NCBI RefSeq assembly: GCF_009914755.1
Contig: NC_060931.1
Reading direction: 5' to 3' (one strand)
DNA length: 64,000 nt
DNA from: the human T2T-CHM13v2.0 reference genome, Homo sapiens
Under the pieces are notes generated by a model. The model saw nothing but the letters and a program-made list of their open reading frames with translations, ran no database searches and had not been told where the DNA came from. The translations under genes and the position numbers were made by a program. Shown here piece by piece: positions 44,062-55,909 of the stretch. Within the stretch, counting starts at the first letter, position 1. Each line of letters opens with the position of its first letter.

Positions 44062-44105
44062 ACTCTTCTCCTTCACTCCTGGGACTCTTCTCCTTCACTC
44101 CTGGG
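44062..44105. repeat. Perfect 22-bp tandem duplication
   Basis: actcttctccttcactcctggg x2. Confidence 0.95.
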
Positions 44106-44594
44106 ACTTCAGTATCGGAGAATAATTCAGATATTTTTGATTATTCTGTAGTAAATTTGGTTAAAGAAATATTCAACAAGGCCAGCTTCCTTCATCTTTC
44201 CAATGGGTAATTGAAGTCCTTAATAGGTCCATGTTAGTTCTTTTTCTTTAACTTTTTAGTTCTGAAGATATTTTGGATAGAGCTAGTACTTAGGGGAGTC
44301 TCTTCAGTATAGATCATTAAAGCCAAATCAAGCAGGAAGTAATTGTAAACTTTCATAGGTTTGCGCCTATAGCCATACTATTAGAAGGTAGATAAAAATA
44401 TGCAACCTAGTCAATTTCACATTTTCTCATTTTCTCTCATTAAATATTTGCCAAGTTCTAAGAAGAAGGCTGTAAGATTTCATTCTGGATACTGGAAAGC
44501 AAATAGTGGTATGATGTTAAACTTGTTCTCTGGAAAATAATCAAGCAAGCAAGCAAGTTTGTTTTGTTTTCTCTTTTGTTTTGTTTCTGTTGTG

Positions 44595-44742
44595 TTTGGC
44601 AATTTGCCTGGTATAAGTACTCCATCATGACTGATTTCAAGATTTCAAGGTACCAAAGGTTTCACAAGTGGCTAGCCAAATTCTCAAGTATTTAACAATG
44701 GGCTCTCTTGAGTTATAACAAACCAGCTCTAGCACATCACTG
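44595..44742 (-). mobile_element. MER63-like MITE fragment
   Basis: gactgatttcaag...atttaacaatgggctctcttgag...ccagctctagcacatcactg. Confidence 0.55.
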
Positions 44743-45742
44743 AGTCTCCCTGCCACCAACTTGTGGTATGACATTGGGCACATCAATGTGTGCCACCCAT
44801 CTTATAAGGTCAACATTCTAAACTCCAAGTTTTAAAAAATTTCTGTGGGATAGAAACATTGAATCTAGCTGAATTTCACTCCACCAGCTATTTCAAATTT
44901 TGAGTCCTTGAACATGAAGCAGTATAAAACAACAACAAATTAATTTTAGAAAACTTATTTCAGCTGATGTTGTTTAAAGGCCAAAGAAAAACGTTTTGTC
45001 TTTATTGAGATTTAAAAATGGACAAACAAAATGAGGTTGAAGCAGTTTTGTCTAGTAAGTAGCCCAGAGAGAACAGGCACTGGTATAACCATGAAACCTC
45101 ACATAAGCTACACAAACTTCCTGTGTTTTCATTTCCTTGTCTGTAAAATGATAATAGAACAGATTTTGTAATTTCTGTCGCTATTAAATGAATTAATATA
45201 AGTGAACTCTCCATTGTCAGGCTACCTCAAAGGAGATATTTGACCACTGTGGCTGTTATTGATGATAAGAATTATTGACTCTACTTCCCACATTTCACTT
45301 TTAAACCCCTTCAAGAGGGAGAATGCCACCTGACTCCAACCTGTCAGGCTGCTGGGCTATGTGTGTGGCTGAGACAGCACTGGGGTGACTTTGCCTGTAT
45401 AGCTGCATGTTCCATAACTCACCACACTTCACATTTAATGGCAGAGATATTGTCCTTTACCTTTGAGAAAAATCGCTTAGGTGGTTATTTTCATGACTCA
45501 CAGCAGTAGGCAAATGGGGATATGGTGAGGGATCTTTGGCCGTTTCAGTAACATGGATCGTTGTTTTTTCAGATGGGTAAAGAAGTGGCAGTTTGATTAC
45601 AGGTGAGCTTCCCATTCTGATCTTACCATCAGGGCACGGCAAGGATCTGATCTTCACGTCCAAATTTTCTTGTCCATTTTCTGTGGTGATCCAGACTTGT
45701 GTAAAAGGATAACTAGTAAATCTATAAACAGAAAAGACATAC

Positions 45743-46357
45743 TTTATAATTCACAATAGCCTAGATGTAGAAATGTCCTAAATGTCCGTCACTGGATGAA
45801 TGGATAAAGAAATTGTAGCATATACGTACAATGAAATATTATTTGCCCTTAAAAACAAAGTGAATTTGCCATTTGTGACAACACAGCTGAACCTGGAGGA
45901 TGTGATGCTGAGTGAAATAAGCCAAGCAAGGGAGGACCAAAACTGCATGATCTCACTTCTATAGAGCATCTGAAATAGTTGAAATTATGGAAGTAGAGTA
46001 TAGAATTATGGCTGCCAGGGACTATAGGTGTGCTGGGAGGAATGGGGAGTTGTTGGCCAAAGGTCTTACAGTTTCAGTTAGACAGGATGAATCGGTTCTG
46101 GAAAGCTAATGTAGAGCAATGTGAATATATTGAACAATACTCTATTATATACTTGAAATGTGCTAAGAGGGTAGATCTTAAGTGTTCCCCCCAACCAAAA
46201 TAAAGTTGATAACTATGTGAGGTGATAGATACGCTAATTAGCTTGATTGTGGTGATTAATTCACAATGTATACCTATATCAAAACATCAAGTGGTACACC
46301 TTAAGTATATATCATGTACATTTGTCAATTGTATCTCAATAAACCTGGAGGGAAAAA
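45743..46357 (+). mobile_element. L1MA9/L1MB-like 3' end
   Basis: gatgaatggataaagaaa...gctaagagggtagatcttaagtgttc...ctcaataaa. Confidence 0.8.
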
Positions 46358-47414
46358 GACACACTTTAGTCCAAGTAAAATTAATCTGCTATCCAGTGAT
46401 TCTGATTGAGAACTTGAGAATGTAATGAGTCAATGGGAAGACAATTTCTGATACTCTATAGAAGTGTTCTTTTCCCCAGCTCAGTGTGAGTTCTGCTGTA
46501 GACTCAGGCCCACATTTAGAGAATTTCTCAGATTTCTATGGGAACAAGTCAGTATATTGTTTTCCCTTTAATCTGTTGTAGCCCAAAACTTTTATAAGAC
46601 ATAATAGAAATAAATTACTAGAACAAAGAAATGAAAAGACATAAGGAATACAAGCCCTGCTATTCATTTGTTTTTGTTTTTGATTTTTTAGATTCAACAG
46701 CCATAAATTCCACTGGTAAGTCATACTCAATTTTCTAAGGGTTCACTTTCAATTCTTGTGTTTATTTCCTTGCAAGCTGACCACAGAGTCCTGACATCTC
46801 AAAAATAAAGAGCCCTTCATGTCACAGACCCTCCCGAATATAAATTCTTTAAAGGACCCTGAGTGGCCAGGCTGGCAGCTCCTGCAGCTGTCAGGGATAT
46901 GCTATGGACCCTCTCCTTCCTGGTGTCCTCCAGAGAAAAGGGGCAACTTCCCGGGGCCAAGGAGACAAAGACACTGTTGTGCAGAAGTCCAGGGGCTGAT
47001 GCATCCCAGGGTGCAGATGCCTTGCTGAGGTAGCAGAGATGCCATGGATTCTTGCATCATCAAGTCGCATTTCCCCACAGTGCTCAATGCCTGCTATCTT
47101 GCTCTTCTTCTCCTTCAAATTCCCACCTTTGGAGGCATATGAATGACTGTGGGGTTGGGAAAGTTGCACATGGAATCGAGGAACATTTTAAATTATTAAA
47201 TAATTCATATTACTCTTAAGTAGCTATCTACCTACTAAGACACAGCATGTGAAGCACAATATTGATTTTTTACATTGGCAACCAGATGGATGAATGCTAA
47301 CATCACATTGTGAACATTTTGATTTTTCTTAAATTATCTAATAAGGTCTAATAGAATTTTTCAATAGAAAAAAATCTCAGCATTTTAAGTAAAATTATTT
47401 TAATTTAATATTCA

Positions 47415-47585
47415 AATTTTTTTTGTTTAACTGACAAATCATAATTGTATACAAGTATGGGATACAACATGATGTTTTAATATATGTATTCACTGTGAAA
47501 TACTTAGAACAAGTTAATTGATATATCTATCACCTGACTTATGTTTCTATCTTTTTGTGGTGAGTCATTTGAAATTTACTCTCTT
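47415..47585 (-). mobile_element. L1MA 3' end fragment
   Basis: tttaactgacaaatcataattgtatac...gaaatttactctctt. Confidence 0.65.
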
Positions 47586-48257
47586 GTCAATAGATCTAAG
47601 TCAGTCCATGTCAGAATTCAAATAAGAATAAAATATTTTTCTGCATGACTTCTGGATCTTATGTAAATGAGGTTATGGGAGGAGACAGTTGAATGTACAT
47701 CACTTTCTCTCCCATAGCAAGATCTTAGTTTCAAATACGGCTCACCCAGAATACCTCACTGCAAGCCTGCCAGTCTTAGATGGAAGCTAAGGGGGCAGTT
47801 TCCTGGGAAGGGATTTGGAGGCAGAAGAGAAAAGACAGCATATGTTAATATGCTTAGTGCTCATCTTCCAGTGAAGGAATGTTAAAGAGATATCACTTCA
47901 AGAATAAAAACTCATATTGTAGTTCATAAATTTTTCTTCAGCCATAATAAAAGGGACTAGATTTACCATCCTGCCATAAAACTCCTACAAAACCAGCCAA
48001 ATTATATAAAACAAATGGTTTTCAGATTATGGAAAATAGGCAGCTCAAGAAATGTATCCTCAAGAGAAGGTGAGTTGAGCCTCACGAGTGCCCAGTTAAG
48101 TATTTGAAAAGAGCTTCCTGGCCACAGGATGGAAAGGGACAACCCAAACACAGCCAAGCATTTCTGCTGAATTAACGAGGCAGAGATCAGAGTTTTAGGT
48201 GAATAATGATAGTAGAGTTTGTGAGTTTGTGATGTAGATTGTCTAAGCCAAGAAGGA

Positions 48258-48261
<4 letters not shown>

Positions 48262-48297
<36 letters not shown>

Positions 48298-48361
48298 AGA
48301 GAGAGAGAGATAGAGAGACTGAGGGAGAGAGAGAGAGAGAGAGAGAGGTTGAGAGAGAGAC
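48262..48361. repeat. (CA)n(GA)n microsatellite
   Basis: Directly visible. Confidence 0.95.
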
Positions 48362-50438
48362 AGCAAGCACTGGAGATCAACAGGCTCACTTCTGGCTGAG
48401 TCCTGGTCTGTGAATATGTGTGAAGAAACTCCAAAGGACAGGGAAGAAACCAGCTGGGAACATGTCTAGAGTTTACACAAGACAGAATAGTTTGTGACCC
48501 CACCAGATAGAGTAGAAATATTTCCTAATAATGTCCCATGGGTAGAGTTCTTAGAAAGGCATTTTCTCAGTAATGGGGCCAAATCAGCCCTAAACAAAAG
48601 GCTCTTCTGGATCTTCCCTAACCAAGATCAAAAACAAAGCTCAAAAGGTTTCTAAGTAACTTCAGCTCTAAGTAAATTAATTGTGTTGCAGAGCACAGCC
48701 CCAAGATATTTAAAACAATATGAAGATATTCATCATCCAAAAATGTAAAATGTATGATGTCTGATATCCAATAAAAAATTACCAGGCACAGAGGGATTGG
48801 GGCAAAAACAAAACAAAACCCATCAATCAATAGAAACAGACCAAGAAATGACATTGATGATAGCATTAGTAAACAATAACATGAAAATAGCAAATGTAAA
48901 TACACTCCAAATGTTCAAGAATGCAGAATAAACATGGATATGATGATGAAAGAAATAGAAGCTGTAAAAATATTCTAATAAAACTTTTGGAGATAAACTA
49001 GTAAATTTCTAAATAGGAAAGTTACACTGAATGGGATTAAAACATATTAGACGCTGAAGAAGAAAAAAGTTTAATGGGCTTAAAGGAATAGCAATGGAAA
49101 CTATCTAAAATGAAACACACAAAGAGAAAAAAAGGCCTACAACATAAAGTAACAATGAGCTAGTGAACAAGTCACCTAAAAAATGTGTCATACATTCCCA
49201 GAAGGAAAGAAGAATAACAGAGAAACAAACAAAAAACTGAAGAAAGAGTAGTTGAAATTTTTGCAGATTCAGTGAAAACTATATTCCAATTCCAGAAAGC
49301 TCAGCAAACATCAAGCAGAATAAAGAACAAAAAAATTATACTAGGCAGCATCACAATCAACTTGCTGTAAGTCACTGATAAAGAGAATGTATTAAAGGCA
49401 GCCAGAGGAAAGAAGGCATATTATGTATAGAGAAACACATATAAAAATGAGGATGAATATCAGAAACAATGGAACCCACATCTTTAAAGCACTGAGAGAA
49501 AAAAGCTGTCAAGCTTATAATCCTATATCTACAAAAACATTTTTTCCCCAAAATGAAGGCAAAATAAGTATCCTTTTCTTCCCAGGCATTCAGAAACTTG
49601 CAGAAGTCCCTGCCAGTCAAACAACATTACCAAAAATATTAAAGAAGTTCTTTAAGTGGGAGGAAAATGATTCCAGATGGAAATTACAGTACACACAAAT
49701 AAATGGAAGACATTGGAAACTATAAATATGCTAGAGGGGGATAAAAAATACTTTTTTCTCATTTTAAAATTTCTTTAAGTGCTAATTGACATTGTACAGT
49801 AAATAAATATAATATATTTTAAATAAAATTTGTGCCATTAGGGAGGACTGGAAGGACATGAAAGTACACTTTTGTAAAATTCTCACACTGTTTATGAAAC
49901 AGCACAGCATAGAAGATAGTCTGTGATAAGTTTAAGATGTACATTGTTAAGCCTAGAAAAGCATTTAAAAAGAGAGGGGGAAAAAGAGAGAGGGAAAAAA
50001 AGAGGGAGCATTCATACTAATGAGCCTGTAATGGAGTTAAAATAAAATTAGGAAAGAAGTACTTGATTAACACAATAAAACTCAGGAAAGGGGGAAAACA
50101 GAAGCAAACAAGAGATGGAAAAAGGGAAAACATAGCAATTGCTAGGTTTAAACAAAACTGTATTAAAAATCACATTAAATATAAATGTCCTCAACGGCCC
50201 TAATAAAAGACAAAGATTGTCAAATTGTATGCAAAAAGCAAGACCCAACTCTATGCTCTCTGTACCAACTCACTTCAAATATAACATCTCAGATAGATTA
50301 AAAGTAAAGAGATGAAAAACATATCAAACAAACACTAATCAAAAGAATACCATGTTAGCTATGTTAATATCAGGTGGATATTAGAGAAAGGAATACCATG
50401 AGAAATTTAAAAAAGTTATTTAATGGTTATAAAGGGGT

Positions 50439-50846
50439 TGTATTAGTTTGTTGGTGCTGCTATAACAAAATATGTTAGACTGGGTGATTCATAGAGAACA
50501 GATATTTATTTTCTCACAGTTCTGGAGGTTGGAAATCTGAAATCAAAGTTCCATCAGGCTTGGTTGTCTGGTGAGGGTGGCTTTCTTCTTCTAAGATGAC
50601 ACCTTGTTGCTGCATCCTCCTGAGAGGAGAGATGCTGTGTCCTCATGTGGCAGAAGGCGCAACAGAGCCAAAAACTGCACGAAGCCTCTTTTATACAGGC
50701 CTTCATCCCATATCTTCATAGCCCATAGTAGTAAGGCTATAAGAAAGGAGCCCTCATGGCATAATTACTTCTTAAAGGCTGCAGCTTTTATTACTATTAT
50801 ATTGGCAACACTTGAAATCTGGAGGAGACACATTCAAATTATAACA
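50439..50846 (-). mobile_element. MaLR LTR (MSTC/MSTD-like)
   Basis: tgtattagt...ataaca with perfect 5-bp TSD GGGGT. Confidence 0.85.
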
Positions 50847-50958
50847 GGGGTCAGTTTGTCAAGAGGAAGCAACAATCTTAAATGTTTGTGCTATTAATAA
50901 CAGTGCTTTAAAGCATAGAAGCAAAACTGATTAGAACTGTAAGGAGAAACAGATGGAT

Positions 50959-51521
50959 GTTGTTAAACAGAGTATCATGCACTGATTATCAATCCCAAAA
51001 GAGGACCATAAACATGCTAATTTCTGGTAAGGACCCTATATCTGGCATGTCTTGCACAAACCCATCTGCTAGAGATATTGCACAAGTCCAACCGCCATAG
51101 TATGAGTCTGGTGAGACAGAACATTCATACAAGTTATGAAAAGCAACTTTATTTCTCAAATATAGACAGCAAGGATTGACAGAATCCTGGAATCATGGCC
51201 AGTCAGACCCTAAGGCTTGGGAGAGTTGCACAGGGCAGATGGAGTCTCATAAGTGCATGTCCCACTTTGCACCACAGCTGGGAGACACTGGAAGCATTCC
51301 ACTCTGGGCTTTATACCCTGAGGGTAACTGGGCCACAAAGCTAAATTTTTGCAGGACATTCTGCTCTGGGTTGGATAAGGACAAAGCCTCGTCTGTTCTG
51401 GACAGTTTCTTCTTATCTCAGGGCACTACATTCTCAGTACATTCTACAGTTCTTGAGAACTATAAGGAGGCCGGGAGGAAGAACTGGGTTGGCCAAGATC
51501 ATCTGGGAACCTGTCTTACTT
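50959..51521 (-). mobile_element. ERVL-type solo LTR (MER73/MER74/MER54 group)
   Basis: gagtctggtgagacagaac, gatggagtctcat, ctttataccc and acattctacagttcttgagaacta motifs; family name tentative. Confidence 0.6.
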
Positions 51522-51565
51522 GAAATGTATAATTAACATCAGAAATTTTCAGATTTTTCTCTCTA

Positions 51566-51902
<337 letters not shown>

Positions 51903-52271
51903 GAGACAAAAAATCATTAGCAAGACAGAATACTTGGATTAAGCTATCAACCAACGTGACCTCATTGACATTTATAGAACATTTTGCCCAATGACAGTAG
52001 AATACACTATGTTCAAGTGCATATGGACATACACCAAGACGGAACACCTTCAGAGCCATTAGTAAATATAGAAAACTTCACATTACACAAACAAGTTCCC
52101 TAGCAAAGATAGAAATACTTTAGATATCAATACATTTAAAATGCCCAAATATTGGAAGCCAACCAAACCATCCAACCAAACAAACAAACCCATTAATACA
52201 TTGTCAAAGAAAAAATCATAAGGGAAATTAGAAACTGCAAAGTTAATATGTGGATTTTCTACCAAATATTA

Positions 52272-52311
52272 GTCTACAGCCATACCACCCTGAACGTGCC
52301 CTATCTTGTCT
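52272..52311 (+). pseudogene. 3'-truncated (tailless) 5S rRNA retropseudogene, nt 1-40
   Basis: gtctacagccataccaccctgaacgtgccctatcttgtct vs 5S GTCTACGGCCATACCACCCTGAACGCGCCCGATCTCGTCT (36/40); flanking direct repeats accaaatatt. Confidence 0.9.
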
Positions 52312-53419
52312 ACCAAATATTGGTTTAAGCTAGTTCTAGTATTTTCAACCCATCAAATAGTAGTAAAATGTCTTCCTTTTCCTAGCCTGGCATCTAGAAA
52401 GGTAAACTTGTTCACCTATTTAGATATTAACTAAGTACTTATTATGGGCAAGGTGAAGAGTGAGGAGTATCCAGAGCTGTTTCCACGCTGAATCCTTTTT
52501 TTTTCCTAAGAGACAAACATCCATTTGTCACTTGCTAGTGCTGGACAGTGGTCTATGGTTTACAAGTACTAACTCATTTCACTTCATATTAACCTAATCA
52601 ATAGATTGGACCATTAAATCCTCCTTCTACTTATTTTTAGTACTACTTTTTATGGTAATTACCCACTTACAGATCTGTCTCCTTCCCTGGACTGTGATAT
52701 CCTGAAGGCAAAGTGGAGATGACTCATCTTCGTGCCTTCCGAACCTGGCACATATGTTTTATTTATTAAGTGAATTATTGGATGCATGTGTAAAATTGTA
52801 GCTCATACACAAGGTCCAAGGGCTGAGAATTATGATGAGTCGCTCATCGTAATGAGTGGTTTTAATTTTCCACATTCTGAAAACAGTATTTTTCATCATT
52901 ATTATTACTATTGTTGCCATTATTACTATTATTAGAATATGGAAGTCCTTTCTTCCGAAATAATAAAATATACTCTCATGTTATTATTATAATTTGTGTA
53001 ATTGTAACATTGAACTCACAATCCCTAAAGTGGACCGTATTTGTTTTTACTCTTACAAGTTTTTTAGCTCCAGGACATTTAATTATTTCTTTCTGAATCT
53101 GCATTTCTCAACTGATATTTATAAATCTTTGTTTCTGTGCTTGCCTGAAATTAGAAAAGTTCACAGTATGATTATCTGGTTGTTTTACAAGAGAAATAAT
53201 TCTATGATACAAGTAAAGAAATACTTTAAACTGATGGCTATTCAAAGTCCTGCATTTTATGCTGACTGCTTAAAATAGGCTTTTTATTATTTACTCAAGA
53301 TAATTTACAGATATTCTAATGTGTATCAAGCCTTAGAATAGGCACTGAAAAATGGAGATCAGTAAAACACTTCTTATTTTGGGAGCAGTTTCAAAATGGA
53401 ATAAAATATTGATAGGTGC

Positions 53420-55905
53420 TAACATCTGGAATAGCTGAGTAGGGAGCTTGGAATAGCTCCTTCACAAAAAGCAGTGATACAACTGGACACACTTGTTTAG
53501 CCTGGGGCTGCAACCATTTCCCCCACCCTCATCCAGAGTTTGTGGCATAAGTTACACCAAGTGATGGGGCATCCCATGAGGACTGGCAGCTTTGCTGCCA
53601 CAGGAGGATGACTTGAAAATATCCAAGTCCCCAGGGGCATTGTCAGACAATGATATAAATCTCAAAGGTAACCAATAAACAAAATTTTGTGGTTGCAGTA
53701 ATGATTAGGACATGCAGCAAACTGGCAGAACAGCAAGAAATATAGCAGGGAGTTCTGGGAAATAAGATAGTGAAAGTGGGCTTTGATAAGCAACTTTATA
53801 TTCATACCATAGATGATATTAGGGTGACAAACATGTTGAAGACTTTACACGTGTTCTGGAAAGACAGAGAAAGTCTTAACATCCCTGGATGAATGTGAGA
53901 TCTTGCACATGCAGAAAGCAAAAGCTGGGCAGATATGTAAACTTCACAGACGTAGAATGCATTTCCCAAAGCAAATATAGATCCACCAGGAAAAAGTAGA
54001 AGTTGAACCGGTTCAATGTGTTTCAGCAAAACTTCTGACAAGTAAGCTTTGCTAACTCAGGGCCCACTCCTACAAGGCTGGGCTCAAAACAACAACAACA
54101 ACAATCCCTCACCCCCCACAAAAACACAGAATTTAAAAAGCACTGGGCAGATACATCAGTGACCACACAGCAGCAAAGACAGATTCTATAGATTTGGTCT
54201 GGGGAAGTCAATAAACCCGCCATAAGAACAACAAGCTTCCACGGGGGGAATGAGAATACAGGGTTGCTGCCATATGTTATTTACAATGCCCAATTTTCAA
54301 GAACAGTAACAAAATATGAGCCACTCAAAGGCAGAGGACACTGTGACACATCCACTGGAAAATGGATGAGCACTAGGGAGCCAGATGTTTTTATTTAGCA
54401 AATCATTTGCTATAAATACGTTCAAAGCATCAAAGAAAGCCATGTCTAATGAAGCAAAGGAAAGCATGGCGATAATTATTTATCAAAGAGACTATCAATT
54501 CAGACAAAAATTATTTTAAAAATCAAGCGGGAATTTTAAAGTTTAAATGTATAATAGCTGAAGTGAAATTGTTACTAAAGGGACTCGAGAACAGATTTGA
54601 GCTGGCAAAATAAGCAAACTTGAATATAGACAAAAATTATGCAACCTGCAGAAAAGAAAGAAAAAGAAATAAAAAACAAACAACGCCTCAAAGACTTGTA
54701 GAACACCGTAAAGCATGAGAAACTTTTACCAACATATCTAAGAACCTAAACAAATTCTGAGTAGAACAAACAGAAAGGGATTCATACTGAGATGTATTAT
54801 AATCAAACCATCGAAAGCCAAAGACAAAGAAATAATCTGAACGAGCAAGGAGAAATCAAAAGATTTTCACTGCATACAGAGGAACCTCAAATATCAATAG
54901 CTGATTTTTTACCAAAAGCCAGGGGGTGGAAGACAGATCAGATAACATATTCAAAGGGTTAAAACGATAGCAGCAAACACTCTTGTCAACCAAAAATTCT
55001 ATTTCTAGCAAAATTACTCATCAAAATTGAAGGCAAAATAAAGCTATTTCGAAGTAAACAGAGATTTAGAGAATTTAGTGATAGCTGACCTACCTTACAA
55101 GAAATAACAAGGAAATTAGTTAGAAAGGAAATGACACCACTGTTAACTTGAATCCACAAAAAGAAATAAAGAACATGGCCAAATAACTATTTGGGTAAAT
55201 AGAAAAGACAGTATAAACATATTTTCTTTTCTGTTATTTTAACATATTGGAAAGACTTTTCATATAATAATGACTATAAACTTATATTGCTAAGTTTATA
55301 AAATATGAATTATGAAATATGTATGTACATATAAATATGTAACATATATAACAATGATAGCATAAGAATCATGAAAGAAATTCAGCTATATTGGAGTTTA
55401 ATTTCTACATTTTGCTGAAATTAAGATTGTTTTTCTTATACATGAATGTTCATATCAGCATCATTGGTTTATAGCCCCAAAGTTGAAACAACCCATATAT
55501 ATAACAACCTAGTAACAGGTAAACACAATGAAATATTATTCAGCCATTAAAACGAGGTAAGTCCTGATTTATGCCACAACTAGATAAACCTTGAGAACGT
55601 TGTTAACAATGCCAGACAACACAAAGGCTACATATTGCCTCATTCCATTAATATGAACCGCCCAAAATAGGCTTATCCATAGTCACAGAAAGCAGATTAG
55701 TATTTTCCTGGGGTTGGAGTGAAGGAAGGGAGGAATAGGACCTGACTGCTCATGGGTACAGGGTTTCTTTCTGAGGTGACAAAATGTTTCAGAATTAGAT
55801 AGTGGTAATGATTGCATAATTTCGTGAATTTACAAAAACAACTAAGAACTGTATATTTTAAAAGAATAAATGTTGTGGCATGTGAATCATATTTCAGTAA
55901 AATAC
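53420..55905 (+). mobile_element. Old L1M 5'/ORF1 fragment followed by an L1MB-like 3' end (~55440-55905)
   Basis: A-rich ORF1-like sequence; gggtacagggtttctttctgaggtgac...ttagatagtggtaatg L1MB motif. Confidence 0.65.
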
Positions 55906-55909
55906 ATCA

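Noticed and set aside
52829-52853. 11-bp stem attatgatgag-tcg-ctcatcgtaat
   Set aside because: Short and isolated; compatible with chance.
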